Positions 35,320 to 48,450 are shown, numbered from the stretch's first letter. The stretch is 61,537 bases of DNA from Amoebophrya sp. A120 (GCA_905178155.1 CAJINV010000015.1:824390-885926); one strand, 5' to 3'. Translations and numbers: made by a program. The notes: generated by a model from the letters alone, not told the origin.

Positions 35320-38300
35320 CTAAGGTCGGCTGCCGGGCATTGCTAGCGGAGTTCCTTCACCGCTACCTCCACTACTACCACTCCTCTGAACCGGCCGCCC
35401 CCGGTTTCCTTCCGGGTTTCCCCAAATCACGTTTTTCTTCCCACCGTTCACCCAGTTCTGCGCCCGATCGCACTGAAAAAACTGCGTTTTTTTCTTCCTC
35501 TCCGCAGAAACTTTCTCTTGTTCCTGTTTTTTAATCGTCGCCGCTTCCTCTCTCTCTTTCCTCTGCGCGGCTTGTGCTTCGGTCTCTTCAGCCTTCCCGG
35601 CGTCCCTGGTGTGCCTGCCCTCCTTCTGCTTCTGGTCTTGTTTTATCTTCCCTTTCTCGCTCTTGTTGGGGACCTTCTTGCCTCCTTTTTCACCACCTTC
35701 ACCCGCTTGGACTTCGCCGGCCTGCTCGGGTCCCGTAGTTTCGGCTGCGGCTTCTACGCGCAGCTCCTCAGAGAACAACTCGCATTTCCACTTGTCTTTT
35801 TCTGGTGCTCCCTCCTCTCGCTCCAGCAGTACTGATCCGTACTTGCACGTCGGGTTCTCCAGACACAACTCGTGGCACTTCGCGGGGGGCGACGCTCCTG
35901 TCGTTCCGCTCATTTGAAGCGCCTTCCGCTTTTCCAAATCAACTTGATACTTCATCTCACGGTCCGAGCCCTCGCTAGCAAGTTGCACAACCGAAATCGG
36001 TTCGCAGAACCCAGCCTGCATGAAGAAAAACCGGATAAACATCTGACTAATGTGCTTTTCGATGACCTGTTCGAACCCGAGAACTTCCCGCTCCCTGCGG
36101 GTTTCACGCGTACCTCCTCGTCGAAGTTCGGTATCCCCCAGCGTTGCGGCCGCGCGCCAGTCGCCGATGGTGGTATGCAGTTCGAACGAACCCGGGTCGG
36201 CAAAGAACATTTCTGAATCTACGCCGGCAGGGGCCGCCGACTGCTCATCGAGCTGCGTGACTTTGACTAACACCCCTTCCGCAATTTTTTCCATGGTGCG
36301 GAGGTGAAGCAGTTCTAGACCGTAGGCCAGTTGGTGAAATTCGATTTGTCCACTGTTGCCGTGCGGGTCGAGGCCCGCACCCGCTGCTGCCCGGGCGGCT
36401 AACTGGGTCGGACTTTCTAGCAATCTTGTCGCTCGTCCTTGTTGGGGAGCTGCCAGTGCTGGTGTTGGGCTGGATTCTGATGTTGCTCTTCCGGGAGCTG
36501 CAGGGGGACTACGTACTGAGTTTGTTCCCCGTCGCGGCGTTTGTGAAGGTGAGGCGCTCTGCTCAACAAATGAGGACGCCAGCATATTTCTAGTAGCACT
36601 GTCGAGTGCAACATCCTGTTGTAGTTGTTCGTGCTCCCCCTGCTCCCGATCATATTGTCCTCCTCCTTCTTGTACTTGTTGCTCCCCTGCTGCACCAGGT
36701 GCAGCCTCTGCGTGTTGACTTGCTGCTCGTCCCGTGGGCGAGGCACCACCAGGACGACTTGCGCTCGAATCGGTTTTTTCACCCACTTTGACATCACCGA
36801 AAGTGAGATGCCCCACCACATGTGGATAGTCGTCGTCACCATTTTGCCTGATTCTCAGCCCGCGTCGACCGGGACCAGGAGCAAAAGGATCTGGAGAAGG
36901 TGGGGCTGAAAAATCCGCCATACGCTTACTATGTCCGGTCCATGGCTCGCCTGACCCCGCCGCCGAACTCGCCGCACCACCAACAGCTCCCCGCCCCGGA
37001 GAGAGGCGGAGCCCGGGCGATTCGAGGCGGAACGCAACTACGGACGGTTCCTTTCCCGTGAGAGTCTCCAGACCTTGACGGACGTGGGCGGCAAACCCAA
37101 ACCCATTCTCATCATCTACAACATCTTCGCTCATTTCTACATCTGCCGTGGAGGGGGTGTCAGCAGCAACCCCAGCCTGCCCCCGCGATTCGGCCTCCCC
37201 TTCGGCACCAGCAGCTTCAGCTTCTTCAGCATAATCGTTTACTCGACACCCACCAGTCAGGAAATCTTGATCTTCCCCTAAACACCCCATGTCGACATCA
37301 CCCCCTCCCTGCAAAATTTGTTGCTGTGGGTCAAACTGAAACTCGGGCCCAGCGAGTTGGTCCTCAACCGCTTTGAATTCCTCCTCCCCATCACGGTCGG
37401 CAGGAAAAATTTCCTGCGCACCTGCATGCAGCTCGGGCGCACGCAGGTCCTCCTCGGAGCTTTGCACCGGAGCAAACACCCAATTGCAAAGCTCGTAGTC
37501 GTAGATAGGACCACGCGAATCTTGTTCGACGCCCCCATCTACTCCGTCGAAGTTCATAAATCTCACTCTGCTGAACTTTTCGCAAAACTGCTGGAAGTCC
37601 GCTTCAATCCGCCGCACGTTCTGGGCCTTTTTGTTCTGAAACAGCTCGACGACAGACCGGTTGAGCCGAGGGAACATGACTTTGTGTGTGCCGTGTTTTT
37701 TCAGCCAAGATTTCGCGTTTTCGATATAATCGTCTTTGCTCATGTTTGGCGGCGGGGAGTGCTTCCAGAAACTGTTGGTGATTTTGGCCAAAAACATCTA
37801 TAAAGGTGGAAAAACAAAAATTTCTTTCCTCGCGACGAGGTGGACCCCGTACCGTACGAATAATAAACACGCGAAGTTCATCGGCATGTAGCAAACTTTT
37901 TTTCTACGACGAAAGACAGAGGAGTAGAAGTGAGTGGCAAGGACACTAACTACTGCGCGACATTGGAATTGCCGAAGCCCAGGAGGCAGAGCCTTCAATC
38001 ATGCATGACAAAGTTGTGACAGGAACAGCAAAAGCATCCGGCTAGAAAAGTCTTCAGCATCACATGTTTCCATCTGAGTAAGTCGCAGTTGTACGGTAGC
38101 GTCGCAGGGGAATAACGTTTTTTCCCCCTGATATCTTCTCTTCCGTCAGTGCCAATCGCTGTACACGACTGGCCGACCGCCAAAGCCGCTCCGGGCTGCC
38201 ATATTGATTTTTCAGTGAGTCATCAATGGCGTACCCAATCCGGGCCAAATCGTCCCGCGAAAAGCCCTGTTTGTACGGGTTGTTGTCAAGGTCGTCTGGT

Positions 38301-41300
38301 CTCGCGAACTGTCCGGAATCGGCTTTGTTGATCATGGGGTATTTCTTAAGTTTCGGCTTCGGTTTGCCCTTTGCAGGTGCCGTCATCGGGTACTTCTCAT
38401 CCTCGGATCGCCCATAAACGCCGAACATGATTTCGTGGTACCCGGGAATGCTGTCCACATACTCCCGAAGGGACGTTAAGAGATTGTGTTTTTTCTCGCG
38501 CAAAGGCAAAAGCGAAGTACTAGCATCTCCTTGCTTATTTGTATTTTTCCCGTGGCTGTACACTTCCCACCCCAGCTCGTCAATTTTGGTGGTTCCCATG
38601 TCCACGATGCCGTCGTTCAGAGAGATCCCGGGCCGCGAAGCCTCTACCGCAGAGGCGATGACCACGCGGCTCGCTGCCTGCTGCGTCACGGTCGGCGTGG
38701 CTGCCGTTCTGGTTTCGACGTCGCAGAGCTGCGAGTACGATTTGACGAACTGGATGGCGCGGCGATCGAGTTTGTTGCGAATGAAATTCTTGTTCATTTG
38801 TTGCCAGTCGCTGACTTTTTTGCTGGCTTCTTGAAGCGGCCCCCCACTCAACTGGGCCTCCAGGCCGTTCAGCTCCATCAGCATGCTCGACTGGAGATGC
38901 ACCTCGTCTTTCATGCGCAGCTCCAAAGCAGTAGACAGCGAGGTCGCGAGCGCGCGTACGGTCGAAACGGACACGCTCTCCGCCGCAAGGTCTTGGAAGG
39001 TTTTGGTCGCCGTCATGGGGTAACCTAGGCTATTCAAAGTAGCTTCCAACTCGGAGTCCAGTTTTCTGTACTTCGAACAAGCGCGCTTGAGAAGCGTCCA
39101 GTCGTCTGATGTTCTTCCCTTGTTTTTGCCTTTACCCTTTGGCTTTGCAGCTTTGGGCGCGGCCGGACCAGGCTCGTCCTCCTGTTTCTCGGTGGCTGGG
39201 ACATCGGCCCACATTGTCGTGAATTCGTCCCGCCGGTCTGTTTCGAACTTCAGTAACTTCTTCATGATGCCGTTGCGCAGTTCTTCCAGCGCGGCGCCCG
39301 CGCTTTGGTCCCCGTTAATTTCCTTCAAGTTGGCCTCGAGGACCTTTTTCTCCCCTGCAACTTCCAAGTAGCGCGTCGCAGATTTCTGGTCTTCTTCGGT
39401 CGGAAGTTTGTTTGCTTGTTGCAAGTAACGACTCTCCTGGACACATCCGTCATTGGTGACTCCCTCTTCTGCCGAAGAACAGTCCCTCCCCTCCGCCGGC
39501 CCCCCGAAAATTCGCCAAGATGTTTGCCGCTTCAACGGCTCCAGCGCTTTGCAGAGCCAGGTGGGGTCGGAGATTTGATGGTGCTTTTCTTGACCGTGAG
39601 CTGCACTAGGCGCCGTCGTGCCCTCCGGTCGTGGCAGTACTGTCGGGACGAAAAACAGCTGGTCCAGAAGGAAAAACGCCCGTTGCAGCGCAAAGTACCA
39701 GAACCGGTTCAGGAACACAAATTGCTTGCCTACAGGGGTCGCCGGGTCATGGAGTTGCACTTTCTTGAACTTGAGCCCATCCCCCGTTTCGGTGAAGCGA
39801 ATCATGCGGTCGGCACCGCCGGAACCCAATTCGTCCATCGAGACGACTTTGTGCCCGATCAAGGCAAAAGGCTCCAGCATCCCGGACCGCATGCCCATGT
39901 GGACCAAATCGCCGCAACGTTCGCGAAGCACGTCCAAAACCTGAATTTGCTGGACGCGGGAGAACTGCATCGGCATAATTTGGTCGGATTCCCACCACTT
40001 CAGCGCGTTTAAGACGAAGATGCTGGAGGATTTTTTTTGCGCCAGCGGGCCTGCTTGTTCTGCTTCAGGTGCTTTGATTCCGAACTGGTCATTGTACCAA
40101 CGCGTTTGCATTTCTGTCAAAAAGTTTTCCAACTCTTTCTGTTCGTCTTCAACAACAAAAGTGTCGCCGACCAATACCACAGCGTCCACGCGCGGCAGCT
40201 CCGCGGCCAGTTCGATCAACTGCTGCACCCCAATCCGGGACGAATCGTGCTCCACGTGTGCGGCTTTGTGGCTGGCGGCGCGGCCGTCGCGGACGAAAAT
40301 GACCAGCACGCTTGAGTTTCGGAGGTGTTGGTTGGCCAGGTGGAAGTGCCAGTGGTGCAAAGCGTGGAAGTAGCGGACCACGGCCTCTCGCTCTTGCTTT
40401 CGCTCTTGGTCGGAAGGAGGTGGAGTAGTTCGCTCAGCAGGATCCGTGTTAGAACAAACAAACGGATAATCATCGAGAACCTTTTTCAGTTCGATCGCAC
40501 CGTCGGCCAGAAGTTTGTCCAGGCGTTCCCCCATTTTCTCCTCGAAATCCTCCGTGTTGGCCGGCCCATCGGCCGGAGGTGTCACAGGTTTGATACCAGG
40601 AAACAACAGTCTCTGGCAGTGCCGATTCGCCACCGACTTCGGTGGCCGAAAATTTGGCACGGCCCAGATCTTACTCCACAGATCGGCGCGCAAAGGACGT
40701 CGTGCTGGCGCCCCAGCTGGAGGGCTCAGCTGCTGCTGTGTAGTTTGCAGCAGCTGCCCGGGCCGAGGGTCGCTGATCTTCCACATGGTCTTTAGCCGGT
40801 CGTAAAGCGCCTCGCTGTCGCCCAGGTAGGTCACCGCCAGGCGCTGCGTGCCGAAGTGGACCTTCATCACCTTTGCGGAAGCTGCAGCTCCCGGGCCTTC
40901 GTCGTTGTGGTTTAGAAACTCGGCGTTGATCTGGCTGATCAGGTTGGTTTGCGCAGTAGATGAGAGTCTGGAGAGCCCGGCACTTTGGGAGTTGCCCATG
41001 ACGTTTGTGCGCTTCCGGATCAAATCGTCATCCGCGAAAGTGACGGCAGACATGGGAGTTTGGAGCATGTAGTTGGGAGTTTTCGACACTGTGCCTGCAG
41101 TGCCGGGGGTGCGGTGAGGAGCTCGACTTCCGCCAGAAAAAGGGGCTTGCGGAGATGGAGAAGATGAACCTGGTACAGCTAATAAACCGCGACGTTTTAT
41201 TTGTTGTTGAGGCGTGCGCGGAGACAGCGGAGGTGCTGCCAACGAAGAAGAAGCACCCCCTGCTGCTCCTCCACCGCGAGGCGTAGTGCTTCCGTCTCCT

Positions 41301-44189
41301 CCCTGTGCCGCTTGTGCTCCTGGTGCAACATCACTTCCTACACCAGCAACATCTTCCGCTTGAAGCGCCGCGGCACTTCCACCGCCAAAACCCGCCGCGA
41401 CCGCGATCGTTGTTCCTTCCCGCAAGTCCTGTTGAAACGCCTCCGTGATCATTTGCACATTCCTATTGAGAAGAAAACCCCCCCCTCCCCATATTGAACA
41501 GGTAGGTTTCCGAAAATTTGCGTTGGTGATTTGAGGGCACAAATCCCATTTGTCTTGCAAGAAGACAAGGGCAGAGGCTTCCTCCCCATTATGGAGTCGA
41601 TTTGTCATGCTGTTGGGCCTAGAGGGGAGTCGTTTGCCATGCTGAACAACTAGACCCATGGCGCGCCCCTACGTAGCCTCGGGATCTGGCCGCAATGCCT
41701 CTCTGCAATACAAAGCTAAATTTGTGTACACAAATCCAGCATGAGAAATTCCGTTTTGATATGGGGAGGGGGGATTTTTCCTTTCCATAATTCCACAGCG
41801 TTTTGTCCACCCCAGCCGCTGCATCCGTGAACTGTAAGATGAAGCTATCGTAAAGAAAAATCCCCCCTCCCCATATTGAAAGCGCATCCGTCTGAAAATT
41901 TGCGATGCACATTTGTGACCTCAAATCTTGTCTGTCTTGCAAGAAGGCAAGTCCAGAGGGCCCCCTGCATTTTGCAGGCGGTTTGTGATGTTGTTGGTCT
42001 TCGAGCATACACGTTTGTCATGCTAGGCGCCTACGTCAAAACCTCTCGGCCGAGGCTTGACATACGCCCGCAGTCCTTTACTGCAAGACAAATCTGATTT
42101 GTGTACGGAAATCCAGCATCAGAAACTTCGTTTCGATATGGGGAGGGGGGAGTTTTCCTCTTGATAGAAGCGGTCCCGGAGCGGGTGGCTCAGCAGGTAG
42201 GTCGCAATGCCCGTCCACGTGTCGCCGGACTGAATCAACGAAAGTTCCTGCACGTACAACTGCCGTGCGAGCATGTGGGCGGGCAGCGTCACCTTCACAG
42301 CGACCTGCCGCACGTCGCGGAAGTCGGAGAACAGGTCGAGGAAAAAGAGGACCTCGAACTCCTGCGGTCTCACCAGCCCGAGGTGTTGGTCGGGGGAGAA
42401 ATGGTCGGCTAAGTTGTTGTAGGACCGAGAATGAAGATCAACCTGCATACTTCCCAAGCTCGCGTCGGCCTGGCCAATGATGTAGCCAAGCTTTCCGTGT
42501 GGTAGGCAAACGATGTGAAAGGCTAAAACGCTGACTTGCAAACACAGCTTTTTCTTGTCAACTTCCTTGCTAAGATCCAAGCCAACGACGTCGGTGTGCT
42601 GGAAGGTCTTCGTTTCGCGGGACAGGCCTCTTGGATCGGTTTTCGCGTTGTGTTGCATTGCACTCTGGAAATTGCTGATGTGCGGAAGCAGGATATTCAG
42701 TGCGTAAGTAGCCTGATCTCCCACATTTTCATCTTCAATGCGCCTGTCGCTGGCAATTTCTTCTAGCCCCGCCCGCGTGTCATACAGCCCAGCTAGCATT
42801 TCAACTTGCTCTGGTAGGGGCCTTGTGGACGACTTGGAGAACGAAGTTGCTGCCTCATGAGCATGTCCTAGAAGAACAGGGGGCATGGATGACGTTCTTG
42901 AGCCACCACGACCGATACCAACTACATCTTGTTGTTCTTGCTCCGCGCCGTCTTGCTCTCCATCTTCGACTTGTCCAAAGAGGTTGCGCGGTAGTGGTGC
43001 TGGAAAAGGAGGACGAAGACGAGGACCTCCTTCATCATCATCGGGAGAACGTGGAAGCGTCCTGCTGGATCGTATCGCCGAGGACGTCCCGCCACTTCGT
43101 CGGGGAGAACGACCACGAGTTGGGGTTCCTGAATCTGCCTCGAGGAAGTTCGATTCCAACACGTAGTTCTCATGTAGTACCGCAGTAGAGGGAGGTTCTG
43201 GTGCGCCGCCGCCAACATGATCAGTTGTAGCTCTTGAGCCATGAAGATGATCTCCATCCTCTTCCGCGGCTTGCTCAGCACCGAGAGGAGCTACAACATG
43301 ACCATCATGGTACTTCTGTTGACTGATGTGCTCGCCGGAGGAATCAATCTGCATGGCTGACGCTCCTGGAGCCACCACCGGTACTTCTCGACCACGTCCT
43401 CCACCTTTTTGTAGAGATACATCAACTTTTGCATTTGTATTTGATTTTGATTTTGAAGTAAACTAAAACAATAAAAATAAAAAAGCTACTTATATTTTTT
43501 ATGAGTTTTGCATTTAGATCGTGACTTCCGCGGACAAGTTTTTGTCTTGCTCCAACAGACCGAGAAGCGCGCGGATGAGAGTTAATAGTACCCGTCGCCG
43601 CTGCTCCTCCTAAAGGGGGGCTCTGACCGTGATTCTTGGTGTCCGCAGGTAACAAAGCCGTCGATGTAGTAGATGACCTCCGCGCGGGGGCCGCTGCCAC
43701 TGGGATGCTGATCAGGCTTTGCTTCGGGTAGAAGTTGTAACCTGCTTGTGCCCCAGCTGCCACACGACGAGCAGGGGGAACAGCATCGTCAAGGGCGCCA
43801 GCGTCATGTTTGGCCTCAACGTCATCTTCTTCCGTGCCTGTTGTACTTGTCGAGCCGGGCAATAGGGTTCCGTCAGCACCAGCCGTACTGTCCTGCGGAA
43901 AATCTTCATGCTGATGAGTTCTCGTCGTGGTCCCTTCTTCCGCTGGTTGTACTTCGTGTTCGTCCACCGGCACTTCGTCTCGGCGCTGCATGAACTTCGT
44001 GTTCCTTCTCTTCGTGGTCCCCGGTTGGCTCCAAGCGTGAACATTAACCGGAACAAGGAGTACTACACTGCTGAGCGTGCTGAACAAAAAGAAGCTGGTC
44101 TTTGTCGTGGCAAGCTGCACCAGACGAGTGGTGCCCGCACCAGCCGCGCCGCCGGTCCTACCGCAGCAACCTCCGCCACGCTGGCTCAT
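35320..44189 (-). CDS. Putative secreted protein, ~2,600 aa, with a GT-B-like segment and a C-terminal PAN/apple-like Cys pattern
   Basis: ORFs 43422-44192, 42119-43378, 38060-41659 and 35320-37797 join in frame via a GT-AG intron (43426-43489) and introners 41846, 41464 and 37799; spliced length 7809 nt. Signal-like FFLFSTLSSVVLLVPVNVHA-WS near the N-terminus. Confidence 0.75.
37799..38133. mobile_element. Introner family K (335 nt, diverged)
   Basis: TAT..ATA ends, imperfect TIR containing GCGACG..TACCGTAC, DR ACATC/TCTTC. Frame restored. Confidence 0.7.
41464..41789. mobile_element. Introner family D (326 nt)
   Basis: Family D TIR, DR ATTCC/ATTCC. Confidence 0.92.
41846..42166. mobile_element. 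Introner family D (321 nt)
   Basis: Family D TIR, DR GAAGC/GAAGC. Confidence 0.92.
43426..43489 (-). other. Canonical 64-nt AT-rich GT-AG intron
   Basis: Minus strand ATA A|GTAGC...TGCAAAAG|TT GAT. The phase-1 join restores frame. Confidence 0.7.
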
Positions 44190-45307
44190 CACGGTAGTCG
44201 TTTAAGGTGAAGATGAGGCTGACCTCCCGAAGGTGGGACGAACCTCTACTGCGATAGTTAGATAGAGGGAGTTGCAGCTCGAGAAGCCGTACTTTTCAAG
44301 CTGTTTATCTGGCGAATTTTTGATGTGCTGATCCAACAGTTCTTGTAGTTGCACTGTTTACTGTCAAAAGTTTTACTTATTTACGCGCTCAAATTTACAA
44401 TTATCTGAACGGTGGGGTTTCCTTTGGTGAAAGAGAGGTGAAAAAGCAAGGGGTCGCTTTGTTCTGTTTTTTTTTTTGTGCCAAAAAAGAAGTTTGCAAT
44501 GTCGTCACAACTTGTTTCAACAAGTAAGAACTGTTGACGCACGTCGTCGGCCGGTGCCTTGACGACGACAGCTATTGGACGTCGTGGTACGAAGTAATTT
44601 TCTTTTTCAAAGGGAGCACTTTTTGCACCACAAAACTAGGATGAACGACAGCAGACAATAGACTACCGAGAGCAGACGATAGTTGTGAACGAACGACAGA
44701 ATTTGATATGAAAAATCGCTGGTTGCTTAAGGCATGGAATGTTGCACGAAGTTCTATGTATGTACCTTCTCCTTTCAAACCGAACATTTTTGCGCAAACG
44801 GACGATGCTGGTGACACACGACAGAACCTTCAAGAACCCGATTTTTTGTGAAGAGGTACTAGGTATTAATAGTACGAGAGCAGGAGCAGACCGACAATTA
44901 TAATAGTACAGGAGGGGAGCCATGAGCATGACGACACAGCAAAGAGATGAAAATCCGAAACGTAAATAGGTACCGAATACACTGTAGGTTGTCAAGATAC
45001 AAGAGCCGAGACTGTTCCTGTTGCTTGAGATGCGGGTCTAGATGATACACGAAAAGCAATCAGGATGCACTGGCGGGCTTGGGGGTATGAATGATTTAGT
45101 CTACAATTACTGGCACAGAGAAGGCGCCTCGCTTTCGTTGAGGAGGAAAAAGCTGCTCTGAGGCAAAAAAGACATATAGGAGTACAGTCCGTCGTGTCGG
45201 TGTTAACGAGGATCTACTCCGTGTCAGCGACATTTTTTCTTCGGTATATTTCATCTTCCACAACAAAACGACATTGTCATTGTTGATGTGAAACTTTGAA
45301 TATTGGG

Positions 45308-45757
45308 TACAGGTTATCGACGCTTTCTCGGAAGTAGCAAGACAGATTTAGACTTAGTGTAGAAACTTTACTTTTGGAGGTACAGGTTTTTTTGTGTCAG
45401 TGACGCTGCAAACAAAGCTAAAACAACACCGCTTGGGTACAGGTTGAGATGATGAAGATGAAGTACAACTACCTCAACGCGAAAATTAATATCGTTTGGG
45501 TACAGGAGATTGTGAAACATCAAACAGGCTAGGTGTGTTTTCAAACAGCAAGCTGCTGTTAAGATTGGAATTTTTTACAGGTGTGTTGGAGACGAGAGGG
45601 CATAAAATTGGTAGAAGGCGTGACATTGCTTATTTGTCAAGAAGCTAATTTTACAGGTTTGGTCTTGGTAGGTTGAGACCACAGTGAAGATACTTCATCA
45701 AGATTTGATGATACAGGGTGATATCAGAGAGTAGAGCGTTGTAAGAGTGAGGTACAG
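45308..45757. promoter_or_regulatory. Periodic TACAGG (minus strand CCTGTA) motif array
   Basis: TACAGG at 45308, 45381, 45438, 45501, 45576, 45652 and 45712, plus TACAG at 45753. Spacers are unrelated; spacing 57-76 nt. Confidence 0.6.
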
Positions 45758-46206
45758 ATTCTTCGAGAAAATATTTTGCAATTGTAGACGTAAATTACAA
45801 CAAATAAAGGTCAAGATCGGTACGTCGAAACGCCTAGACAAATTTCGATCATAACAAATAGAGTCGATGTGAAATCATTTTTTCTATAATAATTGCAAAA
45901 CTACTTTTGCAGCAAGACAAATGGCGCGCATCAATTTTTTCCACGAGTTGTAGCGGATTGATTCATCATGCCGAATCCGCAAGACAGAAACGGCCTGTTA
46001 TGCAGATTCCACAAGTCACCAAATTTCCACTTTACTCAAACCCGCCCTTGTTGCGGTACGCGTACTTCTCCGGGTCGGGGTATGGATTGCAACTCGCTGA
46101 TTCTTGTTCTGGACTTTGTAGTCATGCGAAATAAACACGGATCAGAAACAGAATACCAACTTCTCATGCGCCATGACAAAGACTGAACAACAAGAACTCG
46201 GTAATA

Positions 46207-48450
46207 TTACTTAGTTTCTGTTTCATAAAAACCCGTCCGGTCTGCTATGAGATTCTCAAACGTTACACTCTCAACTGTTGCATGATTTGTCACGCAAAAC
46301 TAGCACTATCATCTACACGATCAAGCTGCTCTGCATGACAAATTCTGGACGAATGGCCAATTAGGCTGATAATCTGTGCCAAATCTGTCATGCAAGACGC
46401 GCCATGCCCCCTCTTCATTTTTCCCATTCTTGCATCACAAATCCATGTAACAGTTGAGAATGTAACATTTGAGAGCGCCATATCTGCCCAGCGCGGCGTC
46501 GAAGACGGAGAGTTTTCCTTCCCGGAGTATGAAAGGAAAGCGAGAAGTTTGTAATGCTGAGGCAGAAGTAGGACAGAGAGTTTGTCTTTTTTGTCATGCG
46601 TACAACGCAGGAGCTGAAAGCTTGTCATGCCAGCCTCGCAATACAAATTTATTTTTTCTCGTCTCTTTTCATAAACCGCTTCATGTAGGGGTCGGTGAAG
46701 GACCACTTGTTTTTGTACTTTTCCACCATGTCCAAGCTTATGGAACCGGAAAATTTCTTTGTCATGCGGAATGATCATGACAGCACGCATTGCAACTCAT
46801 ATAAACAAGTTTGTAATGCAGAGATACCATATGCAAGCATAAGCAACGTGTGCGTTATTTCCCCCATGACAAATCCAAATCGCTTGCATTTATTTCCTCT
46901 TTGTTCTTTGTCATGCGAGAAAGAACCCATGATGACACGAGTCGCAACTACTGAAGATACGACTTTGTAATGCAGGGACACCATATGAATGCAAGGCGCG
47001 TTTGCGTTTCCCGCATGACAAATCATTTTACTCTTCCTACTATCGAACTCGGACTCGTACTCCGGCGGTTTCATCGTGCGCGGATCCGCGTGGGCGGAGT
47101 GCTGATTTGATCAGATTTGATGTCATGCATCCAGCACAAGGATGAAAAATCATATCTGTCATGCACGCCTCTGCATGAGGAACAAAAACAAAATCAACTT
47201 TTATACCGTCTGACTCTTGTAGTACTCGTCCTTGGGACCCAGGTCGTCGCGCTTGTAGGTGTCAATGTCCCGAATCTTCGTGTTGGAATCGATCATTTCC
47301 TTGGCTATCAAATGCAAAAATGTCTGGGTCTGGATGGTTCTTTCCAGGTTTGTCATGCATGTTTTGCATGACCCATCCCATCATGCCTGTGATGCATAAC
47401 CTGGCATCACTGATTTTTAGAGGGTGAGGGATTCCTGATGCCTATTCTGCATGAGAAATGCCCTCCCCTTGTACAACAAACTGGACTTCCTTTGCTCCTC
47501 ATGCAATACAGATTTTTTTCGAATATAATTCGAAGACAACATCACAAGTTACAATCTTCCAGACCCAGACACTTCTGCATTTGATATTGGCGGCAAATTC
47601 ACCATACCCGGAGTTTGTCGTCGTGAGGAGTATGCATACGGAGATTTTCTTCTTTCTATCATGCCGTTCTTGACGCGCATCACAAATAGACACGACTTCA
47701 TGTTCATTTTCTTGGAATGGGTGCTCTGCATGACAAACCCGGTCTGCGTCTGAGATGCATCAGCAGACATGCTATGTCGAGTTGAAAAAGAAAATCTCTG
47801 TTCATCCATAAACGTCGAAGCGGCTTTCCCAGGCAAGGAGTACAACTTCCGCACACGGTAGTCGTGCTGAAACTGCTTGTCCATCCTGATTTGTCATGCA
47901 ATTTTGCAATGATAGAGTATGCCTGTCATGCTCCCACGCATGAGAAATAAGAGAAACATCATTCATTGCGAAACGATTTAGTGTTGCATCAGTTTTACCT
48001 ATAATTTGCCATGCATTTTTCCAGCGCAAACAGCACCATCACCACATCAATAACCTTACCGTTTGTCTACCCAGGGACCGACCAGCGTGTGTCCGCTGTA
48101 AATCGCCTTTTATCCTGAGTAAAAACGTACCCACACCAGAGTCAGGATGGGGATTTTGCAACACAAACCTAGGAGTTTTGTGAGTCACGCATGACAAGTT
48201 GCACTCTGCAGTGTAGTGCAGGTTAGCAAGTGCAGCCGCGTCACAGATTCATCTGCTCATCCTGTTCACAGCATCACAAATTCCAAAACACGATTGGCAA
48301 TGGCTCTCGTGGGGATACGCATTACAAGTCTTCCTGTCTTTGCAAATCTGCATTACAACTCTGGTGTGGGTACGTTTTTACTCAGGATACCTTTTTCAGC
48401 TTCATCTGCGTGTCAGTCAGCTTCGCAGGCTCCTGTGCTTGGTTCGGCAT
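46207..48450 (-). CDS. Small multi-exon protein resembling NWE-motif ciliary microtubule inner proteins
   Basis: Spliced N-terminus MPNQAQEPAKLTDTQMKLKKAIYSGHTLVGPWVDKR resembles YSxxTLxGNWxExR. Later exons TTTNSGYGEFAAKEMID..., ...WADRTGFYETETK*. Several internal junctions are unresolved. Confidence 0.55.
46246..46482. mobile_element. Introner family G (237 nt, reverse orientation)
   Basis: Family G TIR, DR TCTGC/TCTGC. Confidence 0.9.
46528..46673. mobile_element. Introner family M (146 nt), DR decayed
   Basis: TIR TATGAAAGGAAAGCGAGAA / TTCTCGTCTCTTTTCATA. Flanks CGGAG/AACCG do not match. Confidence 0.6.
47306..47586. mobile_element. Introner family C (281 nt)
   Basis: TIR TATCAAATGCARAARTGTCTGGGTCTGGA, DR TTGGC/TTGGC. 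Confidence 0.92.
48111..48389. mobile_element. Introner family L (279 nt)
   Basis: Perfect 32-bp TIR TATCCTGAGTAAAAACGTACCCACACCAGAGT, DR CCTTT/CCTTT. The only copy that can be read as GT-AG. Confidence 0.93.

Noticed and set aside
43232-43242. Partial match to the 3' end of the dinoflagellate spliced leader (TGGCTCAAG on the minus strand)
   Set aside because: Only ~9 nt, inside a coding exon. No full 22-nt leader was seen.
45308-45757. CRISPR-like periodicity of the TACAGG array
   Set aside because: The repeat is only 6-13 nt, there are no cas genes, and the context is eukaryotic.
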